A stretch of 64,000 nt of DNA from Candidatus Poribacteria bacterium (GTDB taxonomy: Bacteria > Poribacteria > WGA-4E > WGA-3G): NCBI GenBank assembly GCA_963663765.2, contig CAXXUA010000005.1, forward strand, positions 96,001 to 160,000. Reading direction: 5' to 3'. A model generated the notes under the pieces. That model made no database searches. It saw only the letters and a list, made by a program, of their open reading frames with translations, and was not told where the DNA came from. Below are positions 51,949-62,399 of the stretch, piece after piece; positions within the stretch are counted from its first letter, which is position 1; every line of letters begins with the position of its first letter. A program made the position numbers and the translations under genes.

Positions 51949-54897
51949 ATGAAAACAATTTTGTTTATTGTATCCATCGCAGTACTAATCGGTTTAGCTG
52001 CTGGATGCGATGAAATGCAAGATCAAGTTATGAAACCTATAACGATGCCTGACGACGAAGTTATTACAGAAGATGACATGGTAACATCCATGGGTACAAT
52101 GAAGGATCCCTCTACAGAAACTGATGATACAGAAGAGGATACCCCTGTCGAAACGCAAACACCCGATGCATTATTCGTAAGTGCGACACCCGCAAGCGGA
52201 GAAATTTCGGTAAACGGGAGTATCACCATTGAATTTGACAACGACCCGGGGGACGTATCAGCGAGTGAAGGGACAGTCACAGGCTCCGGTAATACACGGA
52301 CTATTAGTGGTCCTTTTACTGTTGGTTCGCTTGCCCTCACGATTACATGGCCAAACGGGGATGGCAGCCACACACTGAACTATAACGTCGTTGCCGATGA
52401 TACAACCCCGCCAATGGTTACAACAAGTAGCACTACTAACGGTGCTGTAGACATTGACCCTGCTACAGTCTTTCAAAATGGAATCACTGTCACTTTCAAC
52501 GAAACAATTATCAGCGGAACACTCAGATTGTTGAAAAACGGAGAAAATGTCGGGTGGACATTAAGTATTCAAAATAATACAATCACACTCACACCAAACA
52601 CTGGTCAAGAACTCAGCCACGATACAATGTATCAGATCGTCGGCACTGTAAAAGACGCAGCCAATAACGAAACTGATGTGAGTATCTCCTTCACAACCAA
52701 ATCAGAACCTGCACCACCTCCTCCGCAAACGCTTGTCGCAGCGTTTGTAAGTGCGTCACCCGCAAGCGGAGATACTTCGGAATACGGGGGTATCACCATT
52801 GAATTTGACAACGACCCGGGCGATGTAACAACGAGTGAAGGGACAGTCACAGGCTCCGGAAATTCACGGACTATTAGTGGTCCTTTTACTGTTGGTTCGC
52901 TTACCATCACGATTACATGGCCAAATGGGAATGGCAGCCACACACTGAACTATAACGTCGTTGCCGATGATACAACCTCGCCAATGCTTACAACCAGTAG
53001 CACTACTAACGGTGCTGTAGACATTGACCCTGCTACAGTGTTTGAAAATGGATTCACTGTCACTTTCAACGAAACGATTATCAGCGGAACACTCAGATTG
53101 TTGAAAAACGGAGAAAATGTCGGGTGGACTTCAAGTATTCAAAATAATACAATCACACTCACACCAAACGCTGATCAAAAACTCAGCCACGATACAATGT
53201 ATCAGATCGTTGGCACTGTAAAAGACGCAGCCGATAATGAAACCGATGTGAGCATCTCCTTCACAACCAAATCAGCACCTGCACCACCCCCTCCGCAAAC
53301 ACCTGTCGCTGCGTTTGTAAGTGCGACACCCGCAAGTGGGAATATTTCGGAAAACGGGAGTATCACCATCAATTTTGACAACGACCCAGGTGCCGTAACA
53401 GCGGGTAGTGGGACAGTCACAGGCTCCGGAAATTCACGGACTATTAGTGGTCCTTTTACTGTTGGATCGCTTGCCCTCACGATTACATGGCCAAATGGGA
53501 ATGGCAGCCACACACTGAACTATAACGTCGTTGCCGATGATACAACCTCGCCAATGCTTACAACCAGTAGCACTACTAACGGTGCTGTAGACATTGACCC
53601 TGCTACAGTGTTTGAAAATGGATTCACTGTCACTTTCAACGAAACGATTATCAGCGGAACACTCAGATTGTTGAAAAACGGAGAAAATGTCGGGTGGACT
53701 TCAAGTATTCAAAATAATACAATCACACTCACACCAAACGCTGGTCAAGAACTCAACCACGATACAATGTATCAGATCGTGGGCACTGTAAAAGACGCAG
53801 CCGATAATGAAACCGATGTGAGCATCTCCTTCACAACTAAATCAGCACCTGCACCACCCCCTCCGCAAACACCTGTCGCTGCGTTTGTAAGTGCAACACC
53901 CGCAAGTGGGAATATTTCGGAAAACGGGAGTATCACCATCAATTTTGACAACGACCCAGGTGCCGTAACAGCGAGTAGTGGGACAGTCACAGGCTCCGGA
54001 AATTCACGGACTATTAGTGGTCCTTTTACTGTTGGTTCGCTTGCCCTCACCATTACATGGCCAAATGGGAATGGCAGCCACACGTTGAACTATAACGTCG
54101 TTGCCGATGATACAACCTCGCCAATGGTTACAACAAGTAGCACTACTAACGGTGCTGTAGACATTGACCCTGCTACACTGTTTGAAAATGGATTTACTGT
54201 CACTTTCAACGAAACGATTATCAGCGGAACACTGAGATTGTTGAAAAACGGAGAAAATGTCGGGTGGACTTCAAGTATTCAAAATAATACAATCACACTC
54301 ACACCAAACGCTGGTCAAGAACTCAGCCACGATACAATGTATCAGATCGTCGGCACTGTAAAAGACGCAGCCGATAACGAAACTGATGTGAGCATCTCCT
54401 TCACAACCAAATCAGAACCTGCACCAGTTGTGACACTGGATCCAGGTGAGGGCTTAAGTAACGGTGCCGAAGCACCCGATTTTGAATTGTTGGATGGTGA
54501 TGGAAATACGTACAGTCTTTCGGAGTATAGTGGGATAGTCGTGATTGTATTCTATCGGGGTGGTTGGTGACCGTATTGTCGTGAGCAACTCAGTGAGTTG
54601 CAAGAATACGCCAGTCAAATTTCAGAGGCAGGTGCATCGCTCATTGCAATCAGTTCCGATAGCCAAAGTGCTACCAAAGAGACAGTTCAAAATCTCAGCC
54701 TCTCGTTCACGGTACTATCTGATAGCAGCATAACGGCAATTTCTGCATACAACGTCGTTGATCAAGGCAACACTAGAATTGCCAGACCCGCAACCTATAT
54801 TATCAAATCAGACGGTACGGTCGGATGGAAATCTCTTGGTTCTACTTCGACAAGGGTTTCAACCGCTGACACTCTAACTGCATTGGGTGAACTCTAA
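51949..54897 (+). CDS. Putative selenoprotein: lipoprotein with 4 Ig-like repeats and a C-terminal AhpC/TSA-type redoxin domain (UPYC), 982 aa
   Basis: Lipobox AAGC. In-frame TGA at 54568-54570 in FYRGGW*PYCREQL. Frame continues to TAA at 54897 through AISSD, LSD and RPATYII. Confidence 0.88.
52156..54426 (+). repeat. Four tandem 570-bp (190-aa) intragenic repeats
   Basis: Units start at 52156, 52726, 53296 and 53866 and are near-identical in DNA. Confidence 0.97.
54572..54610 (+). promoter_or_regulatory. Candidate bacterial SECIS element
   Basis: CGTATT(54572)...GCAACTC-AGT-GAGTTGC...AATACG(54610). G-containing apical loop about 22 nt after the UGA. Confidence 0.75.
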
Positions 54898-54949
54898 AGA
54901 GTGCGTGATGATACGTCTGGTATTCATCAATATGATATCTTGGGTACGA

Positions 54950-55071
54950 TCTCTTGTGGGCGGGTTTTCAATCCCGATTTAACAATTTGAATCCTGCGAA
55001 ATCGGTGTTTGTAACACCGATTTCGCAGGATTTATGCTGTTTTTTCGGGGTTACAAGACCTCTCCCACAAG
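54950..55071. repeat. REP pair enclosing a perfect 20-bp-arm hairpin
   Basis: CTTGTGGG...CCCACAAG flanks. AATCCTGCGAAATCGGTGTT-tgt-AACACCGATTTCGCAGGATT at 54990-55032. Confidence 0.8.
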
Positions 55072-55344
55072 ATGATATATCCTAAAGTTACCAACTATAG
55101 GATTGAGATTTCGTCAGCTCATAGAGGGCATCCTTGCAAAAAATGTTATGCAGTAAGGAAACCTATCCAAATTTTCAAGAAGGAAGAGATCCATCTCAAT
55201 AATTCTGACGATATAATGAAGGTAAAACTCACAATAGACATTCTTTTTTTTAGGTGTATAACCAAATACGACCTTATACCAATTCAAATAAATCTTGTCT
55301 CATTAAGGAATTCTACTGTTTACTAGCAGGGGGTTACTCTCTTC

Positions 55345-55388
55345 GGTAGGAGCGACCTCCCGGTCGCGACCGGGAGGTCGCTCCTACC
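55345..55388. repeat. Perfect 44-bp palindrome made of two fused GTAG REPs
   Basis: GGTAGGAGCGACCTCCCGGTCG|CGACCGGGAGGTCGCTCCTACC. A spaced relative lies at about 62141-62203. Confidence 0.9.
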
Positions 55389-55677
55389 AGATTTCCGCTG
55401 CTAATGAGACATTATCACATGAAAATGGTATTACTTGTCATTAGACTATCTGACACCTATTGAATTCTAACAAGAACATCTGTCTTAACTTTTAATAAAT
55501 TCTGGTCTAAATAATCAATAGTAATTCAGACCTTTTTCTTAACAGAAATTCATGGTATAATAGAAATATAGCATTGTTGTTTTACACCTAATATAAATAC
55601 TTTCATTCAGTACCCCTGAATGTTGATACCACACTTTCGCATATTGATCATTTGTAACATCTTATAGAGAGAATCTC

Positions 55678-56481
55678 ATGAACCTATTCAAATCCCTAAA
55701 GCACCAAGTTGAAAAAAAGTTCTACAAGGTGTATCAAAAACAACTGGAAGCAGAAGCAGATACATGGAATATCCCGCGTCATATAGGGGTAATCCTTGAT
55801 GGAAACCGGCGATATGCAAAAGCAAGTGGGTTAGACAATATAATAAAAGGCCACTATGAAGGTGCAGATAAACTTGAGGAAGTGCTTCATTGGTGTGATG
55901 AACTGGGTGTTGAAATTTTCTCTATTTGGATTTTTTCTCTTGACAACTTCAACCGCGCTGACGATGAAGTGGAAGGAATTTTGGGATTAATTGAACGAAA
56001 AATGCGTGATTTAGTAACGACTGAAGGATTACATACAAATCAAATTAAAGTCAGAGCCATGGGACAGATTGAACAACTACCCAAAAGCCTTCAAGAAGCT
56101 ATCCGACAAGCAGAAGAAGCGACCAAAAACTATGACAAATTTATCCTGAACGTTGCTGTTGCCTATGGAGGCCGCGAAGAGATAATTGAAGCGTTCCGTG
56201 GACATCTAAATGCAGAAATTCACAAAGGGAAAAATGCTGAACAAATTGCAGACGATTTGAGTGTTGACAAAATCGCACCATACTTATACACTTCAAACCT
56301 GCCTGACCCAGAACTAATTATCCGAACCAGTGGAGAAGTTAGATTGTCTGGATTCTTGTTATGGCAAAGCGTCTACTCAGAATTCTATTTTTGTGATACA
56401 TACTGGCCATCATTTAGAAAGATTGATTTTCTCCGTGCCATACGCGACTATAGCCACAGAAAACGAAGATTTGGCAAATAA
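55678..56481 (+). CDS. uppS: cis-isoprenyl diphosphate synthase
   Basis: HIGVILDGNRR, FSLDNFNR, YGGREEI and RTSGEVRLSGFLLWQ motifs. Confidence 0.93.
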   Translation: MNLFKSLKHQVEKKFYKVYQKQLEAEADTWNIPRHIGVILDGNRRYAKASGLDNIIKGHYEGADKLEEVLHWCDELGVEIFSIWIFSLDNFNRADDEVEGILGLIERKMRDLVTTEGLHTNQIKVRAMGQIEQLPKSLQEAIRQAEEATKNYDKFILNVAVAYGGREEIIEAFRGHLNAEIHKGKNAEQIADDLSVDKIAPYLYTSNLPDPELIIRTSGEVRLSGFLLWQSVYSEFYFCDTYWPSFRKIDFLRAIRDYSHRKRRFGK

Positions 56482-56487
56482 CAACGG

Positions 56488-57654
56488 ATGCAGCTTATGA
56501 CAAATATTATATTATCTAAAGTACAGTTGAAAATACCTATTTTACTCTTATCACTACTTCTATTATTAGGAACAAACTACACGTATGCCCAGTCCCGCAC
56601 ACTCATTGCAGAAAAGACCAAAGCATCCACCGTCCTAATAGAAATTGAAGATGCAAAAGGGAAATCTTCACAAGGCAGTGGTTTTTTTATAGACAACGGA
56701 CTCGTAGCAACTAATTATCATGTTGTCAACGGGGCAAATGTTGGAACTGCAAAATTAGTCCTATCTAAAACCAACAAACAACTGAAAAAATATTCAATTG
56801 AAGGTGTTGTTGCAACTGATAAAGAAAAAGACCTTGCAATTGTAAAAGTCACTGGACTTTATGCACTTCCTCTTCCTTTGGGAAACAGTGATACTGTAAA
56901 AGACGGGCAAATTGTTTATGCTGTCGGTAATCCGCGTGGGTTCGAAGGCACATTCTCTTCTGGTGAAATTAGTAATATCCTTCCTAACGGAACGCGGAGA
57001 ATCAAAGGTAAAGTACTCCAAATTACTGCAGCCATTTCTCAAGGCAGTAGTGGTGGTGCAGTGGTAAATCAATGGGGACAAGTCATCGGTATAGTATCTG
57101 AAACACGTGAAGATGGACAAAACCTAAATTTCGCTATTCCTGTAAATGCTTTGAAGTCACTTATTAGAGAAATTGGTCCTGTTAGACCCTTTCCATCCAA
57201 ACCTACTTCACACAGAAATAAGAAACAACTTCCGTACCCCCTTCTTCTAATCGTAATGAGTGCAGCAGTCTTTGGTATAATATGGTTTTTACCCACTGTA
57301 ATAATAGAGAAGTGGTCAACTGCAGCATGGATCGCTTTACTCATCGGTAATATCAAAACTTGGCTTACGGCTATCCTAAGATCTGATTCATTACCAGACG
57401 GTATCAAATCTTTTCTCACGTCGGCACCTCCTCAGAACATTTACCATGCTTTAGACTGTTCAGATTGCATTGTTGGACTAATATTTTATGTAATTAAATT
57501 GCCGACATATCTTGTTTTTCTTGCTTTTCTTCTTGGAATTACCAATAAAGTCATACCAAAATTTGAACTGAATGGCTTTTTCAATACTTTCTTTGTCGCA
57601 CTATTGATTGTTATAACTGAAATAGTGCTACAGATGCTCTTGATAGGAGTATAA
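56488..57654 (+). CDS. Trypsin-like (S1C) serine protease fused to a multi-TM C-terminal domain
   Basis: TNYHVV, DLAIVKV and ISQGSSGG catalytic triad; about 4 TM segments at the C-terminus. Confidence 0.85.
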   Translation: MQLMTNIILSKVQLKIPILLLSLLLLLGTNYTYAQSRTLIAEKTKASTVLIEIEDAKGKSSQGSGFFIDNGLVATNYHVVNGANVGTAKLVLSKTNKQLKKYSIEGVVATDKEKDLAIVKVTGLYALPLPLGNSDTVKDGQIVYAVGNPRGFEGTFSSGEISNILPNGTRRIKGKVLQITAAISQGSSGGAVVNQWGQVIGIVSETREDGQNLNFAIPVNALKSLIREIGPVRPFPSKPTSHRNKKQLPYPLLLIVMSAAVFGIIWFLPTVIIEKWSTAAWIALLIGNIKTWLTAILRSDSLPDGIKSFLTSAPPQNIYHALDCSDCIVGLIFYVIKLPTYLVFLAFLLGITNKVIPKFELNGFFNTFFVALLIVITEIVLQMLLIGV

Positions 57655-57674
57655 CTGATATAACGGAGAAAAAT

Positions 57675-58442
57675 ATGCGTTTTGGAATATGTACCGGTTT
57701 AGACAATGTTGACTTACTTTCAGAATCAGGATATGACTATATTGAATTAGGTGTACGCGCCGCACTTATGCCAGAGTCTGCGGAAACTGAGTTTCAGAAA
57801 ATTAAAGAGCGAATAGAACATGCCTCTATAAAACCTGAAGCTTTTGCAGGTTTTATCCCAAGAGACCTACGTGTAGTTGGTGAAACAGTGGATTTTCCGC
57901 GTCTGTCTCGTTATGTAGAAACTGCATGCCGCAGAGCCAGTGAGATCGGGGGTGAAATCATTGTTTACGGTAGCAGCGGTTCCCGGAACATTGAAGATGG
58001 TTATCCCGAAGAATTGGCACTATCGCAAATTGCAGATTTTCTTGATATGGCTGCAGACCACGCAGAAACACACGGTATCACAATCGTTGTTGAACCGATA
58101 TGTAAGCGCGAGGGAAACATCATACGTACCGTTGCTGATGGACTCGCAATGGCAAAACGTGTCAACCGAAAAGGTATAAAAGCATTAGCTGACCTATATC
58201 ACGTCTGGCAAGAAGACGAACCGATGCAAAACATCGTTGATGCCGCAGATTTGTTAACACATGTCCATATTGCTGAACCTGTAAAACGTGCCTATCCCGG
58301 TAATGATGACTTTGATTTTACTGATTTCTTTGCTGCACTCCAAAGAGCAAACTATGATGGACGAATCTCTTGTGAGTGCAAATTTGACAACTTTAAAAAA
58401 GATATAAAAACAGCATTGAAAACGCTGAAAAACTATGTTTAG
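57675..58442 (+). CDS. Sugar-phosphate isomerase/epimerase (TIM barrel)
   Basis: GYDYIEL, VVEP, DLYH, HVHIAE and ISCEC motifs. Confidence 0.88.
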   Translation: MRFGICTGLDNVDLLSESGYDYIELGVRAALMPESAETEFQKIKERIEHASIKPEAFAGFIPRDLRVVGETVDFPRLSRYVETACRRASEIGGEIIVYGSSGSRNIEDGYPEELALSQIADFLDMAADHAETHGITIVVEPICKREGNIIRTVADGLAMAKRVNRKGIKALADLYHVWQEDEPMQNIVDAADLLTHVHIAEPVKRAYPGNDDFDFTDFFAALQRANYDGRISCECKFDNFKKDIKTALKTLKNYV

Positions 58443-58531
58443 AACAGCACATTTTTGAACACAATTCCTACTATTTTACATCTGAAAGGAAGTAGATATG
58501 CAAACAGAAAACCAAAGACAAAAATTGGGAG

Positions 58532-59488
58532 GTGGCGTTTATTCTTACTCATGAACAAGGTAGAATCATCCGAGCACGAACCGGATTCTATGACGTGCAA
58601 CATGGTGAACTCGTCTTGCGATGTACATTACGTGGCACCCTAAAACGAAAACAACGTTCCGAAGCTGGACGTAGACTTTATGCTGACCCTGTCGCAGTTG
58701 GTGATCAAGTGATCTTTTCACAACTTGATCAAGAAGAAGGTGTAATAGAGGAAATACTCTCCAGGCAAACAAAGTTTTCACGCCAATACGCGGGGAAACA
58801 TGAAAATATTGAGCAAATTATAGTTGCAAACGCACATCAAGTTGTTATCGTTGTTTCAACCCAAATGCCTCCACTAAACTATCGGGCTTTGGATCGTTTT
58901 CTCATTTTAGCTGAAGCGGGAGAAATGGCAGCAGTTGTCTGCATCAACAAGATAGACTTGGTGGATTCAGAACAATTTGAACAACTTACCACTACCTTCA
59001 AAGTCTATGAGGAACTCGGTTATCAAGTTATATTTACTAGCATCCAAATTCCTCAGAGTCTGGAGTCCCTTAAGAACGCTCTCAAAGATAAATTCAGTGT
59101 AATTGTTGGTGCATCAGGTGTTGGGAAATCAAGCCTTCTGAATGCAATTCAACCGAACTTGAAATTGCGAACTGCAGAAGTTGGTCACAAAACCCAAAAA
59201 GGCAGGCACACAACAACCCTCGTGGAATTGTTCAACTTGAAAATTGGTGGTGAAGTTGCAGATACTCCGGGCATTCGAGAAGTTGGATTGTGGGGAGTGG
59301 ATACTGAAACTCTGGAGTTCTATTTTCCAGAGATGGAACCATTTCTCGGAACATGTAAATACAACGACTGCGCTCACGTCAAAGAAACTGACTGCGCGAT
59401 CCAGTCTGCTGTTGAATCTGGACACATACACCCAGAACGGTATCACAGTTATGTTGTTCTAAAAACCGGAGATACTACAGAAACCTAA
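58532..59488 (+). CDS. rsgA: Ribosome small subunit-dependent GTPase A
   Basis: NKID, GASGVGKSS, GRHTTT, DTPG and the CKYNDCAH..ETDC Zn finger. Confidence 0.96.
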   Translation: MAFILTHEQGRIIRARTGFYDVQHGELVLRCTLRGTLKRKQRSEAGRRLYADPVAVGDQVIFSQLDQEEGVIEEILSRQTKFSRQYAGKHENIEQIIVANAHQVVIVVSTQMPPLNYRALDRFLILAEAGEMAAVVCINKIDLVDSEQFEQLTTTFKVYEELGYQVIFTSIQIPQSLESLKNALKDKFSVIVGASGVGKSSLLNAIQPNLKLRTAEVGHKTQKGRHTTTLVELFNLKIGGEVADTPGIREVGLWGVDTETLEFYFPEMEPFLGTCKYNDCAHVKETDCAIQSAVESGHIHPERYHSYVVLKTGDTTET

Positions 59489-60016
59489 ACTTCACGAATC
59501 CAAAAATCAATAAATATACAACAACCCATCTGCAGTGTTATCCCAAATTAACGTGATTTGTATATTTTTTAGTGCCGAGGACAGGGGCGGGCACAGAGCC
59601 CCGCGCTTACGAGTTAGGTTAATTTGGTATTATTTAGTTTTAAGAGTTTTCTGTTATTTAGATTTACTGAAAGTTAATACACGGGTTCGGTTTCCTAACC
59701 GAACTTTATACATCAATTTTAGATTATTGAAACATGAACATCGCTCTTCAGTCCCGCCAAATGCCATACGGGGAATGCCTTAATGGCATTCATACCGTTG
59801 ATTTGGCGCATTTGGCGTTGATTTGGTAGGGACTATAGAACTAGACAAGATGGTATCACATAAAATTAACGACATAACAAAATATTATCAAAATTATTGA
59901 AAACTAAATAACCCTGACCCATCTGTGCAATTCTTGACAAATTAGACACAACAACTAAAAAATAGATGGAGCAATAAATCCCTCATAATCAAAACGGTAA
60001 GCAATCATATACATTG

Positions 60017-61858
60017 CTATTTCAATATGATCATCCGTTTGGTCTGTTGGAAAGTTGGAGTTGTCAGTTGATAGAAATAGACACCACTTGAAACCGCCTC
60101 TCCAAACGCATTCTGTCCATCCCAAAAAACAGCGTTCCCACGACTCTGATAGAAACCTGCCGATTGATGACCAAGCGAAAATTCTCTGACAGTTTTCCCT
60201 GTGGCGTCATAAATAGATAGAGACACAACGCCAGCTTCTGCAAGATGAAATGGAAGCCATGTTTCAGGATTAAACGGGTTTGGGTAATTCTGCAGAAGTT
60301 GACTCTGCTTCGGGGTACCGATATTACCAAGTTTCACATTCATAACAGCGTTTTCAAGATGCGTTGCATTCACAGTGAAACTGTACTTTTCAGACACGAT
60401 ATTTCCGTTCGTATCAACAACGGTTATTTCAAGCTTGTCACCGACTTCTACAACACTGCGATAACTGAGGTCTGCTGTGGCTGCAGCAAAGTAATTACTG
60501 CGCACAAGAGAGGTCATGACAGTGTCTGTCCGCAGGTTTCGGACCTTAACGGTGAAACCGTTGGCAATCTGTATTCCATCTAAGTTTCCGCTGACAACAA
60601 ATGCCCACACACTTGGTGATACAACTTTAGCTATAGTAGGCGCTGCTGCGATCTCACTTCCGTCTATCCACCGAGATCCAACAAAGGCAAAATTCCGAGG
60701 TTGTGGAACATTGACGATATAACCTTGTCCACCTTCAATTTGAAAACCATCATCTGGAGCACTTGGAGTCCAACCGATAAAACGCTGGTTTTTTGCATCA
60801 AGTCTGATAATCGTTGTTGCGCCTGTTAAAGCTACAAGACTCTTGGCACTCATCTGCGTTGGCGGTGCTAATGGCACAGAAAACATATTTAAACCTTTAG
60901 AAAAGGTTACATTAAATGCATGTCCAAAAAGATCACTCTCAGCCTTCGTTACGGGATTAGCGACAAACCCATGTCTACGTCCATCGGACGAGTCATAATA
61001 TCCAATGATACTCCCATCCTGATTGATATTTCGTACCACAGTGCTAACACTCCCTGGTAATCGCAATTCTTGGGGGGTGCCACCTGGCAAAAGAATATAG
61101 GAACGCGGGATGTCATTTACTGCTTTTGCTCTGAAGATGACAACACCTACATCATTGATGGCATTGACGAATAGGAATTCCAGATTCGGTAATTCTGGCA
61201 CATCCACAGTGATAAAACTACCGTCTGGATTACGCATGAAACCGTGAGCTATGCCATCGGTACCTACGTAGCTGCCGACGATTACACCTTCAGCGTTGAC
61301 AAAATCAGCATAAGTTGTTACTGCTCCAGGAAACATGACGGGTAGATCGCCTGAGAAGCCTCGGATGTTACCTTCCGCATCAAAGATGTTACCGCTCAGT
61401 GCTCCTGTTTCATCGCTAATACCGTAGATGTTGGTTTGTACTGCGCCGGGAAAATCGTATTGGGTGAGTACTTCATCTTCCATGATTAAGCCGTGATACA
61501 GTCCATCTTGTCCTATGTAATGCCCCACAGCTATTCCGTTATTGGCAAGTCCATAGAAATAGGTATTTACGGATCCTGGGAAGTCATAAGTTTTAAATAC
61601 GCCGTCTATCAATGTAAAGCCGATGGTTTTCGTGCCATCAGAACTCCGGGTGTTGCCTGCATAACCTCCGAAGTCGTTACTTGCTGTTAACTCCAAAAAA
61701 TCAACACTGGGAACATCAATCGACTCATAGATATAGTAGGGTGAGGATATTTCAGAAACAGAGACAGGAACTGGTACAGGTTGTGCGTTGATTTGCCAAA
61801 CAGGACAACTGATTAGACACAAAAACAAGAGAAGTTTTGTTATTATATGGTGATTCAT
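60017..61858 (-). CDS. Secreted protein with HAF-like repeats and a C-terminal FlgD-Ig/T9SS-CTD-like domain
   Basis: Signal peptide, DFPG..T..YG....G...G.Y...DG..HG repeats, LLQNYPNPFNPETW...SGVYFYQL...MIILK. Confidence 0.85.
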   Translation of the reverse strand: MNHHIITKLLLFLCLISCPVWQINAQPVPVPVSVSEISSPYYIYESIDVPSVDFLELTASNDFGGYAGNTRSSDGTKTIGFTLIDGVFKTYDFPGSVNTYFYGLANNGIAVGHYIGQDGLYHGLIMEDEVLTQYDFPGAVQTNIYGISDETGALSGNIFDAEGNIRGFSGDLPVMFPGAVTTYADFVNAEGVIVGSYVGTDGIAHGFMRNPDGSFITVDVPELPNLEFLFVNAINDVGVVIFRAKAVNDIPRSYILLPGGTPQELRLPGSVSTVVRNINQDGSIIGYYDSSDGRRHGFVANPVTKAESDLFGHAFNVTFSKGLNMFSVPLAPPTQMSAKSLVALTGATTIIRLDAKNQRFIGWTPSAPDDGFQIEGGQGYIVNVPQPRNFAFVGSRWIDGSEIAAAPTIAKVVSPSVWAFVVSGNLDGIQIANGFTVKVRNLRTDTVMTSLVRSNYFAAATADLSYRSVVEVGDKLEITVVDTNGNIVSEKYSFTVNATHLENAVMNVKLGNIGTPKQSQLLQNYPNPFNPETWLPFHLAEAGVVSLSIYDATGKTVREFSLGHQSAGFYQSRGNAVFWDGQNAFGEAVSSGVYFYQLTTPTFQQTKRMIILK

Positions 61859-61889
61859 AACTATCCTTATTATGCGATTATTATTGCAC

Positions 61890-62047
61890 CAGGACTTACG
61901 CAGTTTTCATGATTTAATCCTGAATCATGACAGAAATGATGTAATTTTCATCATTTATTAGGTTTCCAGCGCGCTTACAAAGCACCAAATCAACGGTATG
62001 AATGCCATTAAGGCATTCCCCGCCTACCGTTTTGGGCGTAAGTCCAG
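61890..62047. mobile_element. MITE family A, inverted, with a single 36-bp micro-element
   Basis: CAGGACTTACGCA...GGCGTAAGTCCAG with TTGCAC/TTACAC flanks. Insert at 61985-62020. Confidence 0.8.
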
Positions 62048-62399
62048 TTACACGTTTTAATTAAGGTTTGATTTTGAAATGAATTATACATTTCTTCAGT
62101 TTGCGAGGTAGGAACTATGTTGTTTCGCCTTTTACATTCGGTAGGAGCAACCTCCCGGTCGAGATTTATTCTAAACGGTCGTGACAAGGAGGTCGTTCCT
62201 ACCTGTTAAATGTGTTATTAATTCCAATATCTACCTTAGATTGAACTGAGTGTCACAGTTAAACCGTACGCATATCTGTGACACCTATTATACCAAATAA
62301 ACGGAATTTATCTTTTTCCAACGGTAGGTGCGGTTTCCTAACCGCACACTTAGCAAGACGAATCACGCTAATTGGGTATTAGTTGTGTTCAGATTGACA

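Noticed and set aside
52023-54083. Repeated minus-strand ORFs, also those antisense to the WD40 and TPR genes
   Set aside because: They are shadows of the repetitive sense-strand genes.
54598-54897. Standalone 99-aa ORF
   Set aside because: It is the in-frame C-terminal part of the selenoprotein, with a TTG start and no SD.
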